NCBI RefSeq assembly: GCF_000020025.1
Contig: NC_010628.1
Coordinates: 2,250,001 to 2,282,000, forward strand
Length of the DNA: 32,000 nt
Origin: Nostoc punctiforme PCC 73102
GTDB lineage: Bacteria > Cyanobacteriota > Cyanobacteriia > Cyanobacteriales > Nostocaceae
Direction of reading: 5' to 3'
The notes below the pieces were generated by a model. The model was not told where the DNA came from and searched no databases. It saw only the letters and a program-made list of their open reading frames with translations. Below are positions 26,738 to 32,000 of this stretch, piece by piece. Within the stretch, counting starts at the first letter, position 1; every line of letters starts with the position of its first letter. Both the position numbers and the translations under genes were made by a program.

Positions 26738-28018
26738 TTATAGCACCTGATTTGTTAGTAAAACACTGTAGTCTTCCCGCCGACGAATCAAGCGATGTGT
26801 GCCATTTTCTAGCAAGACTTCAGCAGGTTTGGGGCGGTGTAAAAAGTGAGACGACATAGCATAACCATAAGCACCGACATCTAGAATGGCAACGATATCA
26901 CCAATTTCTAACGCTGGAAGTTGGCAATTTTTACCCAGATAATCTCGTGAATAGGTGGTATTACCACAAATATCAGTTGTGAATAAGGAGCGAAGATTGT
27001 CTGCTTGCTTCCAAGTGAATATTTCTCGGTAGCCACCGTGTACTGATGGTACTGAAAGATTGGCAACGGTGGTATCAACTCCAATAATCTGTTTTTCTCC
27101 TTGCCATTTCACAGAAACAACTTGAGCAAGCAAAGTTGCACATCCTGCGATCGCACTTCGTCCCGGTTCAATCACCAAATCAATTTTCCGCCCTAAATGA
27201 GTAATTCTCTCGCTTAACTCAGCGCCAAAGACTTCCCAGTCAAAGGCTGTTTTGTTGTGGTGATATGGATAGCCAAAGCCACCACCAAAATCTAAATATT
27301 CCCAATCTGGTAACAGTTGTGCTGTGGCTATGACTGCATCAATCACTTGGGTAAATGCTTCTGTGGCATTGGTTCCAGTCCCTCGATAAAAGTGTAAACC
27401 ACTCAGCTTTAATCCAACTTCACGAGTTAAAGCGATCGCATCACCAAATTCTTCAGGACGCACACCAATGCGGCTATCTCCGGTAATTTCGGGCAAATTG
27501 AGGCGTAAACCCAGCCGAATAGATTTCTCTCTGTGTTTGGGCAAAACTTTGCAGCACAACTGCAACTGAGCGAGACTATCGAGATTGAGTGTTGTAACTC
27601 CCCAATTTAAGACTTGTATCATCTCAGCCCGATTCAAATTGCTACCACTGTAAACAATCTCACTAGGATCGAAACCAGCTTGCAATCCCAGGTAGATATC
27701 TCCTGGCGTATTAGCGTGAAGTCCCCACCCAAATGAGCGAAAAATTTTTAACAGGGCAATATTGCCATTAGTAACGCTTGCAAACCGAAATTGCGTGCGG
27801 CGATAACTGATTGCTTTAGTAATGCACTCAATAGTTTCGCGCAAGTGATCGCCATTATAAACATAAAGAGGAGAACCATAAGTACTCAGGAACTCCTGGG
27901 CAAGTTTCCCAGAAAATGGGAGAGACAAGGGGATTAATTGTTCACTCCTAACTCCTAACTCTTTTTTATCTAACCTTGCCATCGCTTGTAATTTCTCCAT
28001 AGCCAACGATGTAACCAA
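26738..28018 (-). CDS. diaminopimelate/ornithine decarboxylase-fold (fold-type III PLP) protein lacking the canonical PLP-binding lysine
   Basis: 426 aa, collinear with E. coli LysA (SPLYVY, FGGGFG, EPGRS, VGAYGYAMSS, LIRRRE). At the FAxKAxxN motif it reads FASVTNGN (Val82, codon 27773-27775). Alternative in-frame starts are at 28000 and 27982. Confidence 0.85.
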   Translation of the reverse strand: MVTSLAMEKLQAMARLDKKELGVRSEQLIPLSLPFSGKLAQEFLSTYGSPLYVYNGDHLRETIECITKAISYRRTQFRFASVTNGNIALLKIFRSFGWGLHANTPGDIYLGLQAGFDPSEIVYSGSNLNRAEMIQVLNWGVTTLNLDSLAQLQLCCKVLPKHREKSIRLGLRLNLPEITGDSRIGVRPEEFGDAIALTREVGLKLSGLHFYRGTGTNATEAFTQVIDAVIATAQLLPDWEYLDFGGGFGYPYHHNKTAFDWEVFGAELSERITHLGRKIDLVIEPGRSAIAGCATLLAQVVSVKWQGEKQIIGVDTTVANLSVPSVHGGYREIFTWKQADNLRSLFTTDICGNTTYSRDYLGKNCQLPALEIGDIVAILDVGAYGYAMSSHFLHRPKPAEVLLENGTHRLIRRREDYSVLLTNQVL

Positions 28019-29808
28019 AAAGGATGATCCAGGGACTGTTTACTTAGTTCTTCATTTAAAACATGCGATCGCCAAAGTTGCCACATAATAAGTAACCAGA
28101 GAGTCTCACCAATCCGCCTGCCTTGAATAGCTGCTCCTAGTTTGCCTTCAACGATTTGGGCCGCAATGTGAGGATAAAAGTGATTGTTGGTGCGAAGTGT
28201 CTCTGGATTGAGCCAGATGCCTAGCTGATGCCAAAAATCATTTAAACACCAAGAAGTTAGGGGAACCCCCATCCCCCGTTTTTGTCGCCAGACAATTTCA
28301 GGTGGGAGCCAATTTTCTACAGCCCGCTTGAGGATATATTTTTCACAAGCTCCTTGCAAACAGAGTTCTCCAGATAGGCGGAATGTCCATTCTGCCAAAG
28401 GTAAATCACAAAAAGGCGATCGCACCCATAATCCATGAGCAAACCCCAATGCAGCCGCACGTGGATGGATATTCTGCGCTCCTTTGAGCATCAAACTAGC
28501 ACGGCGGAGGCGATGCAGCAAAGATGGACACTCATTGCGATTAAGAGCCGCCAACAGCCAATCTTCAGGATGCAAATTTTGGATCTGTGCATAAACCTCC
28601 GGCTGATAAACTTGAGATTCGTATCCCCCAAGACGGTGAAAGGTGCGGAGATATTGCTGGATAAAAGTTTCCTGTCCTGCGGGATTTTCTGCCTGATAAA
28701 CACCTGCGGCAATTAAAGGTTTGTTCGTCCAACCGGCAAACAATTGATCTCCACCTTCGCCGTTAAAAATTACCTGAGTTTCTTGACTCGCCCTTTCAGA
28801 TAAGAGATACAACGGAACACACACGCCATCTCCAAAGGGTAAATCTAATGCTTGCACAGTAGGAATTAAGGCATTCTTGATGGAACTTGGCGTTACTGCA
28901 ACTTTAATAAGCGGAATTTTGAGAAACTGGGCAACTTGTTCAGAGTATGGATATTCTGGAATGCCTACATCACCAAAATCTAAAGTGTAAGCGCGGACTT
29001 TCACCCCTGCTTGCACCAGCAGCGCCGCCACCACTGAAGAATCGAGTCCGCCAGAGAGAAACACCCCAACAGGTTCATCCTTTAAATCGGCAATCTGTCG
29101 TTCAATGGAATCTTTAAGGAGGGTTTGCAATTCGGTAATTGCTGTAGCTTCATTTGTTAACTGTTCTGGGGCTTCCCGCCACGAGTCGATGTGCTTAGAT
29201 TTAGGTGTTTGCAGCTTACCTGATTGACAATCACTCTGCCAAACTAATTCAGTTCCCGCCGTCACTGCAAACACTTCCTTAACAGGAGTTAAGGGTGTGG
29301 GAACGTAAGAAAAACAGCTATAGCCATATAACCCAGAAATGCTAACTTCTGACTGTTGCAAAATCGGTAAGAGTAGTTGCAGTTGTGATGCAAACCAGAT
29401 AACTTGTTCTTGCTGAGTCCAATACAAGGGCATCTTTCCGAAAGGTTCTCTACCCAAAATTAGGCAGTTATTTTCTTGAACACTTACCCAAGCATCGGGT
29501 GAAGTTAATAATCCTGATGCTGAAATAGCAGCAATTTGATTTTTTAGCGGTGGACAATTTCCATCAAGTCCTATGTAAACAACATTCCAAATAGGAAAAG
29601 GATAATTTTCTTGTAGAGAGAAATTATTTTTCTGACCTAACCCCCTAACCCCCTTCCCTTGCAGGGAAGGGGGAAAGTTCAAAGCCTCTCCCCTTTTAGG
29701 GGAGAGGTTAGGAGAGAGGTTTTCCAGAACGCTATTTAACAACGCCTCCAACTCATGTTGAGCGCCATAACCCCAATAGCCAAGAAAGTGATGCGGGATG
29801 TTGTCCAT
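27970..29808 (-). CDS. asparagine synthetase-family (AsnB-like) adenylating enzyme without the N-terminal Cys nucleophile
   Basis: 612 aa. PP-loop VGVFLSGGLDSSVVAALL, NGEGGDQLFAGW, VRSPFCDLPL and KYILKRAV...WRQKRG match the AsnB synthetase domain. The N-terminus is MDNIPHH... rather than MCG, and the glutaminase-domain region is short and degenerate. Confidence 0.85.
   Translation of the reverse strand: MDNIPHHFLGYWGYGAQHELEALLNSVLENLSPNLSPKRGEALNFPPSLQGKGVRGLGQKNNFSLQENYPFPIWNVVYIGLDGNCPPLKNQIAAISASGLLTSPDAWVSVQENNCLILGREPFGKMPLYWTQQEQVIWFASQLQLLLPILQQSEVSISGLYGYSCFSYVPTPLTPVKEVFAVTAGTELVWQSDCQSGKLQTPKSKHIDSWREAPEQLTNEATAITELQTLLKDSIERQIADLKDEPVGVFLSGGLDSSVVAALLVQAGVKVRAYTLDFGDVGIPEYPYSEQVAQFLKIPLIKVAVTPSSIKNALIPTVQALDLPFGDGVCVPLYLLSERASQETQVIFNGEGGDQLFAGWTNKPLIAAGVYQAENPAGQETFIQQYLRTFHRLGGYESQVYQPEVYAQIQNLHPEDWLLAALNRNECPSLLHRLRRASLMLKGAQNIHPRAAALGFAHGLWVRSPFCDLPLAEWTFRLSGELCLQGACEKYILKRAVENWLPPEIVWRQKRGMGVPLTSWCLNDFWHQLGIWLNPETLRTNNHFYPHIAAQIVEGKLGAAIQGRRIGETLWLLIMWQLWRSHVLNEELSKQSLDHPFWLHRWLWRNYKRWQG
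29632..29722. repeat. small palindromic dispersed repeat (SDR/MITE-like) inserted in frame inside the AsnB-like CDS
   Basis: Two hairpins: cccccttccct/agggaaggggg (29649-29673) and cctctcccct/aggggagagg (29685-29707). The ends are cctaacc.../...ggttagg. It is translated as NLSPNLSPKRGEALNFPPSLQGKGVRGLGQ. Confidence 0.6.
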
Positions 29809-29813
29809 CTGGA

Positions 29814-30437
29814 CTATTTCACTTCAAAGGTTTCATCACTAATCTGCCGACCTTCCAGCAACATCTGCACCTTCCAATTGCCAACAGTTGCAGCCGGATT
29901 AATCGTGTAGCGACACTGCGTATCCCAGACAGACGTATTAATTTCGCGGGTTTGATAACTGTTTTGCTTGACAATTTGACCACTTGGGTCAATCCAATTA
30001 CAGGAGAGAGCCAGCTTTTTACCCAAGGGTGCATCCTTTAAAGTGACATGGTAAAAAATTTCTGGATTGGTTTGGCGGGAAATTGTCTTCAAGTCACCGC
30101 CAGTATTTGATACCAAGGTGATGCGGTCTTGTTGAGCAGAAACACGAGAGAGTGCAGAATTCTGTCGCTGGATGAAAAATATTGTAGATGCACTCAGTAT
30201 CACTAAGAATGCCACAACTCCAGAGGTAATCCATCGATTGCGGCGTTGCTCTACCTCCAGCGCTTGGCGGCGATTTAACTGAATCAGCGCTTCATCTAGT
30301 AACTCAGGCGGTAAATTCAACTCCTGTAAAATTTCTCTAACCTGCTGTTGGTCTAGTTCCGCTTCTCGACGCACTTGCAGACCTTCTACTTCTGTGACTA
30401 TTTGTGCTAATTGTTCTTGAGTCAGTCGCTGCGTCAT
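29814..30437 (-). CDS. hypothetical single-pass membrane protein (helical charged N-domain, TM, about 110-aa two-Cys beta-rich C-domain)
   Basis: 207-aa ORF. The TM helix is WITSGVVAFLVILSASTIFFI. Its stop lies 5 nt before the AsnB-like ATG. Confidence 0.7.
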   Translation of the reverse strand: MTQRLTQEQLAQIVTEVEGLQVRREAELDQQQVREILQELNLPPELLDEALIQLNRRQALEVEQRRNRWITSGVVAFLVILSASTIFFIQRQNSALSRVSAQQDRITLVSNTGGDLKTISRQTNPEIFYHVTLKDAPLGKKLALSCNWIDPSGQIVKQNSYQTREINTSVWDTQCRYTINPAATVGNWKVQMLLEGRQISDETFEVK

Positions 30438-30632
30438 CGCTTAACTCCTGTTAAAAAAACTTGATGGCGATTCTTGATCTTGATTACGTGCAATCAGAAG
30501 AACTCTATACTTACTTTTCTAGGTACATCATAAGCTACAACATAAAGTTGTTGCTTTTCGGATTCTTTCTGAGATATCTTTCCGAAAGCTTTATTTATTT
30601 GACCAATCTAAAATCTAAAATCCAAAATTGTT

Positions 30633-31664
30633 ATGGCTCAAGAACAACAAACCGCAATTGAAGGTATCTATGAAGTCTGTATCGGCATTCCAGAACCAAT
30701 TTCTGCAATTCAGTATTGGGAGCAATTTGGCTATCGTATTGGTCAAGTGGGTGAATTAACCGCAGATATAGCTTATCAATTATATGGAGTAAATTCGTCT
30801 TTACGCTCAATTCGCCTCTACCACCAAAATTCAGATCATGGTTTGATTCGGTTGATGGTTTGGCAAAACCCTACCCATGAAGGTTTGGGAATAGCATCGA
30901 TGAAAATTAAGGGAAATCGTTGGGCAACAAGCCTAACAACCGATGTGTTAAGTATCTTAAATCATATAGAGGATGCAAAAGCCGCAGGTTTTCCTATTAG
31001 GCACTCTAATCCTTATTGGGAAGTCATTTACAACAAAGAGAGGAAAAGCCGTCCTTTTGTTGAGTCAGCAGTTGGTGTGCGAGAAATGCTGCTACTTCAA
31101 CCGTTAGCTCGACAAGTTTTATTTCAACGATTTGGCTATACACTACCGGATTACGGACAAGTTAATCATAATGCTGCTCTCAAGGCTAGTCAGTTTACTC
31201 ATATAGGAATCATCTCTCAAGATGACAGCAAAGAAACCCTCAAGTTTTACGAAGAAGTTTTAGGTTTGCTGCGTGTGCGTGATGATGTCGAAACTAGCTA
31301 TGAATCTTCGCCAGCAGGTCGAGATATTTTTGACCTTAACCCTGGTGAAAAGTTTATTGTTACTGCTTTTGACGATCCGCGTTCTTCTAAGTCTGACCTG
31401 ATGGCTGCACGCAGTGGTAGGCTTTATATTGTTCGATTCCCAGAATCTATTAATTTAGAATCGCGTTTTGAGGCAGCCCAACCAGGTAGCTTAGGTATGT
31501 CTTTATATACCTATCGGGTTAAGGGAATACAACACTATTGCGATCGCATTCAAGCAAGTACTGTACAAAAAGTTACAGATATTATTAGTAATGAGTTTGG
31601 CGAGACGAGTTTCTCTTTCATTGCACCAGATGGCTACTTCTGGACTTTGCTGGAAGCTAATTAA
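30633..31664 (+). CDS. VOC-family (glyoxalase/bleomycin-resistance/dioxygenase fold) protein, multi-module
   Basis: 343 aa. FTHIGIISQDDSKETLKFYEEVLGL is a typical VOC beta-alpha-beta-beta-beta opening motif, and the N-terminal half has a similar layout (IYEVCIGIPEPISAIQYWEQFGY). Confidence 0.65.
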   Translation: MAQEQQTAIEGIYEVCIGIPEPISAIQYWEQFGYRIGQVGELTADIAYQLYGVNSSLRSIRLYHQNSDHGLIRLMVWQNPTHEGLGIASMKIKGNRWATSLTTDVLSILNHIEDAKAAGFPIRHSNPYWEVIYNKERKSRPFVESAVGVREMLLLQPLARQVLFQRFGYTLPDYGQVNHNAALKASQFTHIGIISQDDSKETLKFYEEVLGLLRVRDDVETSYESSPAGRDIFDLNPGEKFIVTAFDDPRSSKSDLMAARSGRLYIVRFPESINLESRFEAAQPGSLGMSLYTYRVKGIQHYCDRIQASTVQKVTDIISNEFGETSFSFIAPDGYFWTLLEAN

Positions 31665-31733
31665 CTGGGCGTTGGGCATTGGACATGGAGGATTGGTAGT
31701 TATAGCCCATAGCCAATGCTCAAAAACTAGTTT

Positions 31734-31982
31734 TCATTTATTTACGTCAATAGACAGTTCCTTTTTGCTATGTCTCAACTGTTTCCAAAGCGCCCTAATT
31801 TGCTCGTAAGCTTCTTCTGGAGATAGTTTTCCGCCTGTTTCTAGACAAGAAATGTAAGTAATTCTTTGGGCAAATTCTTGAAGGTTGGCATTAAATGCTA
31901 AAGTCTCTGGCTGGAATTTACCATAATATCGGCTACGAGGGTAAAGAAAGCTATTTTTATCTTGCGAGTTAGGCTGTGTCAT
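31734..31982 (-). CDS. small hypothetical protein
   Basis: 82-aa ORF with plausible composition. No recognised motif. Confidence 0.45.
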   Translation of the reverse strand: MTQPNSQDKNSFLYPRSRYYGKFQPETLAFNANLQEFAQRITYISCLETGGKLSPEEAYEQIRALWKQLRHSKKELSIDVNK

Positions 31983-32000
31983 TAATTTGCTCTCTGTAAT

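Noticed and set aside
25331-30437. Lasso-peptide gene cluster (an AsnB-like enzyme lacking Cys resembles a lasso cyclase)
   Set aside because: No adjacent leader peptidase (small transglutaminase-like B protein), PqqD-like RRE or short precursor ORF is present. The only transglutaminase-like gene is about 24 kb away and is a 771-aa membrane protein lacking the catalytic Cys.
1-32000. CRISPR arrays, tRNA, rRNA, tmRNA and RNase P RNA
   Set aside because: I scanned the intergenic regions by eye for regularly spaced direct repeats, T-loop (GGTTCRANNCC) motifs and RNase P/tmRNA signature motifs and found none. A covariance-model scan would be needed to exclude them formally.

Overview
This window looks like a chromosomal segment from a filamentous, heterocyst-forming cyanobacterium (Nostoc/Anabaena type). 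That is inferred from dense HIP1 palindromes (GCGATCGC), STRR-like heptamer arrays, small dispersed MITE-like repeats and the gene content. Most of it is recognisable core genome. In order: a partial PD-(D/E)XK-like ORF, a TgpA-type transglutaminase-like membrane protein, and hetZ-patU (heterocyst regulation) with a HetR-site-like sequence about 425-464 nt upstream. Then come a polyprenyl (solanesyl) diphosphate synthase, a gene-poor AT-rich stretch holding a decayed IS5/IS1182-type insertion sequence, and mreBCD. These are followed by a short ssb, a SIMPL-domain protein, a cation/H+ antiporter, tandem amiC1-amiC2 amidase paralogues, murI, a signal-peptide-bearing msrB and an mgtC pseudogene. 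The right end carries a VOC-family protein and a small hypothetical. The least ordinary part is a minus-strand module at 25.3-30.4 kb. It comprises a single-TM protein, an AsnB-like synthetase without the N-terminal Cys nucleophile (and with an in-frame small-repeat insertion), a translationally overlapping LysA-like protein whose PLP Schiff-base Lys is replaced by Val, and a Zn-ribbon/4-TM protein with a C-terminal region resembling the Spo11/TopoVI-A Toprim fold. I cannot assign this module a function and flag it as the best candidate for something uncharacterised. All domain calls come from reading motifs by eye, not from database searches. I saw no rRNA, tRNA or CRISPR array.
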